This document shows, one piece after another, positions 1 through 12,019 of a stretch of 64,000 nucleotides of DNA. Below the pieces are notes generated by a model that was not told the DNA's origin, searched no databases, and was given only the letters and a program-made list of their open reading frames with translations. The stretch is from Octopus vulgaris (taxonomy: Eukaryota). The DNA lies in contig OX597825.1 in assembly GCA_951406725.2 (NCBI GenBank), forward strand, positions 11,718,001-11,782,000, written 5' to 3'. The position numbers and the translations under genes are program-made. The number at the start of each line of letters is the position of its first letter. Within the stretch, counting starts at the first letter, position 1.

Positions 1-1137
1 TTATGCCGGAATAACTCAATGCTTGTTTTTCATGTAATATGTATAATCTAATTGGTTCTGCAATTTAGACGTAATTACGTCATTTGTAATTCTAGACAAA
101 ATCCATCACATATTGTACTTGTGCAACCAACCACAAAACACGTGTTTGCGTAGACGGATATATGATTCCGCTCCAAAGCTATTACATGACATCAACGAAT
201 CATTCAATATTTAAAATTGCCTTGGACACACCAGAACATCATAACATGTATAGAGGTTAATCGCTGTATATTTTCACACGTGTATTACATATGAAAGTAT
301 GCAATTAACCTTCGTATTATATACAGGAATTTTTGTCCAACAGTAATGAAATCCTTTATATTAATAATAAATATTAACGGATAAAGAATGCTCGAATTAC
401 AATACAATATCAGTCTCATCGCAAGTTTTTTTTTCCATTTTATCCTCTGAAGTTTACAAAAAAGCAAAACAAAACGAAATCAACTCTCTCGCCTCCCTCA
501 AAGACAATTTGGCAACAGTTATTCACATACATACCAAAAAATGAAAAAAAAAAAAAATCATCAGCACAAAACATACGGAAAGCTCACAAATAAAATAACA
601 TACCGCCATCAAAACACAAGGACAAAAGCAAAACTGGAAGGTGGCGGCGTAATGACTTTGGTTTGATAAATACCTCTTTTACTGAGTTGCTGTTTTCTAT
701 ATAGTTTAGAGCTGTTTGGAGTTACAGTATAGACACAAAAGGAAGGCGGAATCCATTTTTAGTCTCGTAAGAGAATAGTTAACGTTTTCCATTGCTAAAT
801 ACCATTCATCACTGATTTTAAAGGCAAACACATAAAACACATACACACGAGTACATGCTTACATATGCACACATATTTACACATATGCTTACGACATAAG
901 AATTTTGAAATTTTGGTAGACGTGAAATCGTTTTGAATAATGAACCTGGAAGAAGAGAAAGCTATAATCACATATTAAGCTATAAAAAACTTCGAATAGA
1001 AAAAGTTTAAGACTGCCACTGCAACTGGAAACCATCTACTTTATCCAAACTTTTCTACGAAGAGATTTTTCTAAAACAAAACACTGCGTCGTGCATTTTA
1101 ACGTTACATATAGATTAGGAACAAAACATAGATGCCA

Positions 1138-1377
<240 letters not shown>

Positions 1378-1388
1378 CGGTATACTAT

Positions 1389-1546
1389 GGGAGCAGGCGT
1401 GGCTGCGTGAGAAGTTTATTTCCCTACCATATGGTTCCGGGTTCAGTCGCAATGCACAGCGTCTTGGGCAAGTGTCTTTTAATATTGGTTCAGGCAGACC
1501 GGAGGCTTGTGAATAGAATTGTTTGACGGAAGCTGAAAGAAGCCCG

Positions 1547-1637
<91 letters not shown>

Positions 1638-1925
1638 TGTATGTATGTATGTATGTATGCATGAATATATGTATGTGTATAGCTATATCTTTGTGTGGGT
1701 GTGTATGTGTTAGAGTCCGTCTTTATCCTCCACCACTGTTTAGAAACCAGTGCTGAAAACCAACCACGTAACGTGGCGCTACGGCGTCAGAGACAGGCAG
1801 AATAAGTACCATGTTTTTAAACCTATATATACTGGGGTCAATTCTTTCGAATAAAGATCTTCATGGCGCGGCCCCAGCATGGCGCAGCCTGGTAACTGAA
1901 ACAAATTAAAAACGATAAAACTAAA
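1389..1925 (+). mobile_element. tRNA-derived SINE, family B (internal microsatellite), diverged copy
   Basis: Head with GGTTCAGTC B-box-like motif, CTTGGGCAAGTGTCTT, GACGGAAGCTGAAAGAAGCCCGTC, internal (TA)n/(TATG)n, tail CCCCAGCATGG...CTGAAAC; homologous to 16256 and 44632 copies. Confidence 0.85.
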
Positions 1926-2479
1926 AGAACATGGTAGCAAAGATTTCAATAAGAAGAATTTTATGTAATCTTATAAAATCTCATCCAACAATTTCTGATA
2001 GAATGGTTCCAATTGTTATGTCTAGATGGGTGGGTTGCATTTACGTATTTCCAATTCAATTTACAACTGGTGAATATATCATTATATGGTCGAGAAAATT
2101 ACCAGAAGAAGTCCGTTTACCAGAATCTTCGGCAAATCATAATTCAGGAGATTCTGTATAATAGCTTCAATTAATGTAACTCGCTGCAATTAATATATTG
2201 CGAAAACTCAGGCAACCAAATGGAATTATATCCTTACTATAGTCTTAATAACTCATCCATCTTAACATGCATTTACAAGTAATAACCATATTTAATATTC
2301 AGGCAATTATTATTGTTTATTAGCCTTCGATCGGCTCTGATGGCGCATACCTATTAACATTCCAGCGATTACAATCCAGCTTTCTCTTCAGAGATAAGTG
2401 AACTACCTAATTTCGAATTCTACCCCATTCCGAAGCACCTTCTGCCAATCCTATTCAATTCACCAAAGTGATGTTAATG

Positions 2480-2700
2480 AAATTAAGTAAAAGAGGAATG
2501 TTTGTGGACGCCATTTATGACTTCGTAGATTTAATCCGTTTTCCGGTTTGGCACCGCAACGTGAGATTTTGATGGCTTCGTCAGTGGGATCTGAACACTG
2601 CAACAGAGATGAAAGAATTGTGTGGATAGCAAGGGAGAATACGTTGAAAAATAAATCTCATTTGCCCTGCACTGGAAATATTTCTGACTGTTCTTAATTA
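2480..2700 (+). pseudogene. Mariner transposase C-terminal remnant
   Basis: About 2606-2654 translates R*KNCVDSKGEYVEK*, matching the typical mariner end RWxKCVxxxGxYVEK; upstream frames disrupted. Confidence 0.5.
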
Positions 2701-2840
2701 AGAATAATTTCACTTCCAACCGGATATACCGAACCAAAAATTTCCTACTGGTCTTATGTTGAAACTCATCAATCACAGTTGTCACACCTACCATAAAGTG
2801 TCATTCCAAAAAAATAAAAATAAAAATAAAATAAAAATAT

Positions 2841-3268
2841 GGATCTTTTCGGTTTGAACGGCAGTTTTTAACATAGTTTCTAGGTAACTAAATAATTTTG
2901 AACTTCGTATACTGGTAGAATGTGTTTATAAAACATCTTTTTCTCTTGGCTTTATTGAGAAAATTCTATAGTTTGTAAGATATCTGTTGTTTTTTTTCTC
3001 CAATTTCTGCAATTTTAACCAATCAGTGACGTCTATTGAGGTGAAAAGTATTCTGTGCCGTATTAATATGTCCCTCGTTTAAGAAACCGATTGGGTTGTT
3101 TTACATTTGTGAAGAAAAAAGATACCCTTCCCCCACCCCTAACCCTAACCCTAACCCTAACCCTAAAAGAGATTGAAATGCAATAGATCGATACTAGGGT
3201 CAAAATTTTGGGTGACAATTTCATATGACACCGCTAGGGAAAACCTGCCGTTCAAACCGAAAATGTGC
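2841..3268. mobile_element. MITE (~430 bp) with TIRs and internal telomere-like (CCCTAA)5
   Basis: TTTTCGGTTTGAACGGCAG (2846-2864) is the perfect reverse complement of 3245-3263; AAAATAT flanks both ends; CCCTAA x5 at 3137-3166. Confidence 0.85.
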
Positions 3269-3851
3269 AAAATATATATATAATAATAACATTCGCGTCA
3301 TTGAAAGCTCAAAGCTACAATGTGAATAACAAATCATTATATTTCAATGAGTAATCTGAGTGTTAAAGGGTTAAGAAGAATTTGACTGCTCCTTTTAGTT
3401 TATCTCGCGATTAGACTCCATTATTTTACGAGTCACTGGGTTATTGTTTTACCTGAGATTTAATTATACTTTATATATTATTTTTACAAAAACAAATAAC
3501 ACCTTCTTACTTGAGACACTATAATGATTTTTCTTTATTTGAGTTTAATGTAGTATCGAGTCTCTAGACTTCGAGCAAAAAGAGAAAATGAACCCTCTCG
3601 TACCCCCCCCCGCCAAATAACAAACAACAAAATAAAAAGAAAGAGTCCATATTTCACAAATATATTGGAAAGTCTTCAGAAATATTTCATGACAGAAATT
3701 AGATTTATGCTTTTTCTAAAAAAGATATGTGAATATGTCTTTCTTTTTAGGTGCAGCTGTATATAAGTAGATTTATGTAAACATCTATATATTCACACAT
3801 TCATATACATGGGCACAAACACAGACATATGCATATGTACCTGTCCATCTG

Positions 3852-3894
<43 letters not shown>

Positions 3895-3902
3895 ACACAC
3901 AT

Positions 3903-3984
<82 letters not shown>

Positions 3985-5045
3985 GTTTATGGAATCGTGT
4001 ATACACACACACACACACACACACAAAGGAATGTTAAACGAACAAGAACTCAATGCCACATCAATAGTCTATGATCGGGATGTCAATTTAATATAGATAT
4101 TTATTCAAATGTAACAAAACATAAAAAATGTATTAAATTGTAGCTTCAGATAGTTTTTACTATTTCCCAAACCCCAACATTTAAGAGCGGCGGATATCTA
4201 TGTTATCAGAATACTACAATATAATTGGCTTTAGTTTCTATTGACACCAGAAGTTTATATATGGGGTGTTTATAACTCCTAAACTGCTACAGTTTGCCTT
4301 TCGTTTATAGATAATAGCCAACCCATGGATCAAGACTGTCTCCGTAATTGTATCTCATACATATTGAACCTGGGATATATTTGGGAATCAATTACGTCTT
4401 ATTTAATTTCGTTGCGGCTATACGTGTCTCGTGCTTATTTTAGTTATTGAAGACTTTGATAACTGATGCCAAATGTGTATTCTCGAATCGTTTTTAAATG
4501 ATGCCACGAGCGATCGTCTATTAAATTGATTCACTTACTATTTTTATCTGCAAATATATGTCGGATGGAAGCTAGAATCTTCCAAAAACAGATCGCTCCA
4601 GGACACACTTTTCGTTTTCCCACTGAGTTAAATTTATTAATATAAGTAAAGTATTAAAACCTTAATAAGATATTGCATTGCAAGCGATATGTATAGAGAT
4701 ATTGTGTGAGAATGAGAGAAAAAAATAAGATTATGCATCGTTTATAAATATGTGTCTGCCTTTAATCATGCATTCCTGCTTTTACTGACGCATACCTCGA
4801 CACTCACCGCTCGTATGGGTATGTGTGTGTATGTGTGGGTGTATAAAAGTGTGTGTGCGGTTGTGTCTGTACATATACAATCGCACACGCACACACACAC
4901 AAACACATACACACATATACGCATACACACAAATATATTGAGTGAAACGCTTCCATTTTTATGTTCAAATATATTTAATTATATATGCATATACATGTAT
5001 GTATGATTGTGTATGTCAGTGTGTGTGTATGCATGTATGTGTATA

Positions 5046-5084
<39 letters not shown>

Positions 5085-5138
5085 TAGATATTAATCAAAT
5101 TAATTTTGAATTTTACATCCTTATTATTTTAAATTCAT

Positions 5139-5178
<40 letters not shown>

Positions 5179-5300
5179 CCCAAATATGATATATATTTAA
5201 ATTAATTAGGGTAAAAATTCGAATATTAATTTGGTTAATATCTCTGTAAAACCAGTGGTCTAGCATAAATATCTGAAGATTCAGAAAAATTATATTACAT

Positions 5301-5458
5301 ACATATATGAGGGATGACCTGTAAGTGGACATCCATTATGCTAGAAGAAGATCCAGCGTTTGATAATTTTCTTGAGAACATTCTTTTCTTTGTGGTAAGA
5401 CCATAGCGGATCTTCTAGCATAGTGGGTGTCCACTTACAGGTCATCCCTCTTATATGT
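5301..5458. repeat. Foldback inverted repeat (~48 bp arms, ~62 nt spacer) in an element bounded by (TA)n
   Basis: GAGGGATGACCTGTAAGTGGACATCCATTATGCTAGAAGA vs TCTTCTAGCATAGTGGGTGTCCACTTACAGGTCATCCCTC. Confidence 0.9.
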
Positions 5459-5476
5459 AATATATGTACATATATG

Positions 5477-5544
<68 letters not shown>

Positions 5545-5924
5545 GATATATATATGTACACGGTTATATATGTGCATAGGTAGATAGATACACTTACGCA
5601 CATACGGACAAACACACACAGACACACACCGAATACTTAACCACAACGCTCAAATATAAATAGATAAATAAATAAATATGCTTCCAGTAACGGAGATTAT
5701 GTCTCTGAAAGATAACTGTTTTCTAAGATTTCTAATTTTTAAATAACACACATTCATCGCTATTCGGGCCAACTTCAGCTGCCCAACCAAAATAAGAAAG
5801 TTACCAACTCACTTAACAGTGCTCGATAACCATTGCACTACTCATTCCTCAGTCTCTTCGTCTAATATTTTACGCTAACGTTCATAGCACCCTGAAACAT
5901 CGTTAATATGTATTGCTGTTATAA

Positions 5925-6125
5925 GGTGGCGAAATGCCAGAAACAGCGCTTCGAACAAAATGATCAGTAGCAATTTACCTGGTCTTCCGCAATTTACCCG
6001 GTCGACTTTGCCTTTCATCTTTTAAAGCTCGATAAAATAAATACCAGTAGAGCACTGGGGTCGATATAAACAACCATCCCCCTTCCGCAAAAAATTCTGG
6101 CCTTGTGCCACAATTTGAACCCAAT
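5925..6125 (+). mobile_element. SINE family A, diverged copy
   Basis: GTCGACTTTGCCTTTCATC...GATAAAATAAATACCAG...CACTGGGGTCGAT core and CTGGCCTTGTGCC tail. Confidence 0.75.
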
Positions 6126-7945
6126 TTTGGAACCCAGTATGTGTTGCTGTACTTTTCAGTTGACGACCACTGAGTTATATCAAAAGCTGTGAATCTTTGC
6201 ACGAAATTTAAATTGCATAGCAACATATTGAATGTTGGCATATTGGGAGAAAAAGATATACTGTTGGAGCGGTAGGGCCAATTTAATAATATAATATATA
6301 TATATATTATATGTGTATATGTTAAGAAACACACAACGCATACGCATATGAACGATGTATGCAAACTTGCCTACGCGGCCAATTATTGAGCAGTAGATCA
6401 ATTCTGGCTGAGTACAAAAAGAAAATGTTGACTGATTATTTCCCAAAAAACAGAATGAAGTGTTTGTGAAATTTATTCCATTCACTTCAAATCCTAGAAT
6501 CCACGCTCCATAGTTATTTATTTCTTGAAATCTGAGAGAAACCGCAGAGAAATTGGTCTTGATGTAAAATGGATAAGTTCGTTGAAAGAAACGAAAATGT
6601 GACAAACGCACCATTTCATTCTAAACAAGTAATAGTCTGTAAAATTTTGTGGAGAAATGCGAATGGTTTATTATATGTACCATAATTCTAGTAAATTCTA
6701 TTTTTTATTTTTCAGAATACGCGAAGAAAGTGATATCTTCCCAGGAGTGTACAACAAATTAAGCTGTATTAACTTCTGAAGGTTTAATGATTTTATGATA
6801 CGTGCTGCAAGCACATATCTCGTTTAACATTGCCTTATACTTTTACGAAATACTGCTTTCAGAAAATTAAATTAATTGCAATAATTTATTAAATTAAAGC
6901 TGTCGCATACGACTTGAAAATGAAAGAAAAGTTTCCACTCAATAAAGAATGAAGTAAAGAATTTCAAAATGGTTTTATACGAAAGAAAAAAATTGCTTCT
7001 TGAAATCTAATTTTATTCTGTTTCAACGGTAAAGAAATGAAGAAACGAAGGGAGTCAACTGAATCATAAACATCCATAACCAGGTGAGAATTTTAAGGGA
7101 ATCCTTTAGAGAATTCAACCCCTAGCAGCAATTCAATGAAAAGAGAGGAAAATTAATTTTTCAAGGTTCCTTTGAAAGAAACCTTAAATATTCGAATTGA
7201 GTTCAAAATATTTTATTAAATTGTGGAACACTACGTTTGCACATGTATGTGTGCGTGTGTGTGTGAATACGTGTACGTTTGAATGTTTTTGTATTTGCGT
7301 GGGTTTGTTTAAATGAATGTGTACGTGTAAACTATTTAACGAAAATTTAATCAATATCAAGTGAGGCCGGAGGTGCGCTGCATATAAAATCCAGTCGATC
7401 CATTTAGCAAGGAGTTTCATGTTTTGTACAGCTTTCCTCACTGTTTATTCTGTCGCTTTGTTCAACTATATTACCGCGGTCTTGCCACAGCACTTTTTAC
7501 CTGAGGTTTTCACTGTATATATAGAATGGTATAACTGTGTTAAGTGACTGACTCAGCGCGGGTCCACATTTACTCTTTTACCCCTTTACTTGTTTCGCAC
7601 ACACAAACACAAACACGCGGGCGAACACACGCCCCCCCACCCATATTTCTACATGTAAAAAATTTTAATTTACACCGGAGAATAGAAGACAGAAAAAAGA
7701 TACAACAGGTGTAAATAAAATTGTTTTCTTAATAAATTCCAACACAGAAATTATTGACAAATAGTCAGTGTGTATCGATGAGTTTTAATTCTATCGATTC
7801 CGTTTGTAGCTCAGTGTCCAGATGCAATTATATACAATAATATAATATAATAATATAATATAGAGGTGTCAATCATATCAAAGTAATATATACAGCCCTC
7901 CGAGGAATCACACACCTACACACACGTGTATATATATATATATTG

Positions 7946-8252
7946 TTGTATTTAGGAATGGTCATTTTGCCAGTTTAGCCAATAAAAACACACGCACTAT
8001 ATATTTGGTGTTACTTTGCTTCAGTGTTATTTATTTTTTACATTAATCTTAATCTTATTTCGGCCAGAGTTCTTTCGTCACACTCCTGTGACCGCATCAG
8101 TGGTCCTTTATTTTCTTCTTACTTATTTGTGTCTCTCCTTAGTGCGTGTGTTTTTATTGGCTAAACTGGCAAAATGACCATTCCTAAATACAAGAATATC
8201 TGTTTCAACACACGACTTCACATAAAAAATCTTGCACAACAAATATTTAAAC

Positions 8253-8256
<4 letters not shown>
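7946..8256 (-). mobile_element. Non-autonomous Penelope-like element: 54-bp perfect inverted repeats around a hammerhead-like motif
   Basis: 7946-7999 is the exact reverse complement of 8140-8193; minus-strand CCA CTGATGC G GTCAC..GTGAC GAAA GAAC TC TGG at 8064-8103; TA-rich flanks. Confidence 0.65.
8064..8103 (-). ncRNA. Minimal type-I hammerhead-ribozyme-like motif (A9C)
   Basis: Stem I CCA/UGG, CUGAUGC, extra G, stem II GUCAC/GUGAC, GAAA, short stem III, CUC site. Confidence 0.6.
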
Positions 8257-8301
<45 letters not shown>

Positions 8302-8419
8302 GCACATACAGACATAGATATATCTGTATGTATGTATATATATGTATTTACACTACACACACATACATGTATATATGTATGAATACACACGCACATATAT
8401 ACATATATATGTAAGCATG

Positions 8420-8460
<41 letters not shown>

Positions 8461-8521
8461 TGTAACCCTATAAACATGTTTTCACCAGTGATATATATAT
8501 ATATATACATACATGTATATA

Positions 8522-8700
8522 TATCGCTTGAAACCGATGTTGGTATGAATACGTCCCCTTTATCTAGCGGTTCAGCAACTGTTACTGATAGAGTAAGTAC
8601 TATGCTTACAAAGAATAAGTCCTGAGGTCGATTTGTTTGATCAAAGGTGCACTCCAGCATGGCTGCATTAAAATGACCCAAACTATTAAAAGATTAGAGG
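8522..8700 (+). mobile_element. SINE family B, 3' half
   Basis: TCGCTTGAAACCGATGTTGGT...AAGAATAAGTCCTGAGGTCGATTTG...CTCCAGCATGGCTGC. Confidence 0.8.
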
Positions 8701-8828
8701 AATACACACGCACACACATACACACACACATATATATATAATATAAATAGTATATAAATATATGCATATATACATACATATATGTACATACCTACATATA
8801 TATATGTATATATACATGCATGTATGTG

Positions 8829-9440
8829 TACAGGACATCAAAAATCAACGTTGAACACAATGAGAAACGAAAACATAAAAACAAAAACATAGAAACGACC
8901 TTTTTTTCGAAGAACGAAAAATAACAAGTAAACGGAGAAACAAGACATCCAACATAAAGAATATTACCCTTCTTTAGTTGTCCTTGTTTCATCCACTCCA
9001 CGTTCGAAGGCAAGGACAAGACGTGACTTCGCTGAAACAGTCCTTCCCGCAAAACAAATTAAATGAAATTTGAAATTTTTTACGAAGCGTGAAAGCGGTA
9101 ACAAGAACAGGACAGTGAGAACAAAACAGTAAAAACAAACGGTGAGGGCTGTTAAGCCGACACGACAGAATAATTATTCTGAACGCGAGGAAGACGAACT
9201 TATGAAGGAGGCAGTATAAGCAAGTTTTTTTTCTTTTCGAAGGTTTTGGGCAGAAAGACAGATTATCCTTCCTGACATGTCAGCGATGAGAGAGTCGAGG
9301 AGGAAGAGGAGTGAGAGAGCGGGAACGGTGAAGAGGAGAGGGAGAAGAATAGAGAAGGGTGGGAGAGGAAACCAGAAAGGATGAAGAAAAAGAGAGGGAG
9401 AGAGATAGACAGAGAAATGATAGTAGAGATAGACGAGTGC
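8829..9440 (-). mobile_element. Probable Penelope-like 3' remnant with purine-skewed tract
   Basis: TA-rich flanks and a strong A/G skew as at 13380-14040; no clean ribozyme core; classification is inference. Confidence 0.3.
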
Positions 9441-9521
9441 ACATCGTAATTATTAAGATAAACTTTACTTGGAAAAGGATGCGTGGCGTTCGATCATATA
9501 ATAATATAAAGAATATATAAA

Positions 9522-9590
<69 letters not shown>

Positions 9591-10156
9591 CGTAGGAAAG
9601 TACAGAAGCTAAAGGTTTATATGTTTAAAAAACAGTTTTAACTCGAACCTTTCTATTTGTTGCAGAGCCATATTTCGAGTCCACTACTTCACACAATCAA
9701 CTTTGTTATATATTATATATCCACTATTTTATAATGGCTAATGCCATTTTATATCCAGTGTTTGTGGTGAATAAACGTCTCGACCGTCGGGTAGAAATGT
9801 AAACTGCAAGCCAGAAATGCTATTTTATGAGAAAAATAACCATATCCATATAATATTTTTTACAGGCAGCTATGTTGGCTAAATCTCATAGTAGTCAAAC
9901 TTCTATATATTAAACATAAAATGAGTTTACATATCTTAAACACCAATCAATGAGAGAAATCGGATAGACAATAAAATAATAGAATACGGAGTATATATCT
10001 ATCACTGTCTATCACATACCAGGTGACCGTACTATCGATTACATTTCCGAACACCAGCCAGTCCGGGTGTCGTGTCACGTGCTTACAATACGTCTAAATT
10101 TTCTAGTTTTCTGCTCAGTATTCAGAAAACTATGACACGTTCACATCAGGATATTT

Positions 10157-10400
10157 ATTATATAAAATCCGTTCTGTGTGTGTGTATGTGTGTCTTCTTG
10201 CATCTCGGGCATCCTCCATCTGATTGCGCTCAAATTTGATATGTAGATACCGACGGTATCAGTTCGTGTATAAAATTACAAATATCACAAAAATCGATTC
10301 CAGGTGAGAATGCGATCGATAAAGCCGTGGGAACGTGCATTTGTAAAATCGTTTTTCTTGGAATAGAAAAAATGTCTATCTTTATTTCTTCTATTGCTGG
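10157..10400 (+). mobile_element. Possible non-autonomous Helitron 5' portion
   Basis: TATTATATAAAA..CTGTGTGTG start resembling the 56148 Helitron; no 3' CTAG/hairpin found. Confidence 0.35.
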
Positions 10401-10544
10401 TGTCTCAAATTTATGTTAAATCAGCGTTTCTCAAAGGGGAGGCACATGGGGCGGTCGGACAAGTTGTTTTGAGAAAATTTGGTTTAAATGTTTGACAATT
10501 CAGCACATTTTTCTCGTAAATATATATTATATAAAGGAATGGTT

Positions 10545-10694
10545 TTGTGGTCATAATGATCGCTTCGAATCTATGTTGGTCTCGAGTTCAGTCCCATTGC
10601 GTAGCACCTTGGGTAAGTGCCTTCTATTATAGCCCCGTGTCAAACAGTACTTTGCAAGGGAATTTGATGGCCGGAAACTCTGAGGAAGGATGTC

Positions 10695-10697
<3 letters not shown>
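10545..10697 (+). mobile_element. SINE family B head, diverged
   Basis: GAGTTCAGTCCCATTGCGTAGCACCTTGGGTAAGTGCCTTCTATTATAGCC. Confidence 0.7.
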
Positions 10698-10758
<61 letters not shown>

Positions 10759-10811
10759 ACACACACATATATGTATTTATTTATATATACAGTTATGTAT
10801 TTGTTTTGCAA

Positions 10812-11036
<225 letters not shown>

Positions 11037-11424
11037 ACACACACACATATGTATGTATGTATGTATATATATTAATACTAAGACACATATTTATCATATA
11101 TGTCGCTTTCCGAGACCAGACGCACACATATTTTCACTGGTCCCGTGTGACTAATTAAATACAAGTTAGGCTTTATGTTGAATAATTGACTTCATGTATA
11201 AATTAATCAGGACGAAACTTTTAGAATTTTGATATTAATGGCAACACAGAGCAGCATCTATCAAGATCCAGTGACAGGTAGACATTAAAGCAAAATAAAT
11301 CAAGATTTAAAGAATGCATCGCAGACACAACATATTTAACAAACAAATAAGAACTGGTTTGGAGAATTAGTTTCTGAGACAGACATTGATATCTCAACAG
11401 GGATGTACCGATGTAATATATTTC

Positions 11425-11625
11425 TTTTTCAAATTTTGGCACTAGGCCAGCAATTTCGAGGGAAGGGACTCAGTCGATTAGGTCGACCTCAGTTCTCAGC
11501 CGTTACTTCTTTTATCGGCCCCGAAATGATGAAAGGCAAGGTCGACCCTGGTAACATTTGAACTCATAGCATAAATACAGACGAAATGCCGATACGCGTG
11601 ATAACAATGCTGCAAGCTCTTCACC
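11425..11625 (-). mobile_element. SINE family A, diverged copy
   Basis: CCCCGAAATGATGAAAGGCAAGGTCGACC...TTTGAACTCA. Confidence 0.75.
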
Positions 11626-11825
11626 TCTTTACTCTTTTACTTGTTTCAGTAATTTGACTGGGGCCATGCTGTAGCACTGTCTTTAGTCGAGCAAATCGAC
11701 CCCAGAACTTATTCTTTGGATGTCTAGTACTTATTCTATCGGTTTCTTTTGTTGAACCGCTAAGTTACGGGGACGTAAACACACCAGCATCGGTTGTCAC
11801 GCAATGTTGTGGGGGAAAAACAAAG

Positions 11826-11856
<31 letters not shown>

Positions 11857-12019
11857 AACGACGGGCTTCTTTCAGATTCCGTATAAGAAATCCACTTACA
11901 AGGGTTTCGTCGGCCCGAGGTCATAATAGAAGACTCTTCCGCAAGGTGCTACGCAGTTGGACTGAACCCAGGACATGAGTTTGGTAAGCAATCTACTTAC
12001 CACACAGCCACTCCTGCGC
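11626..12019 (-). mobile_element. SINE family B, full length
   Basis: Reverse complement of the 16256 copy from the (TTTTACTC)n tail to the CACTCCTGCGC head. Confidence 0.9.

Noticed and set aside
3137-3166. Chromosome end or telomere
   Set aside because: Only five units, internal to a TIR-bounded element
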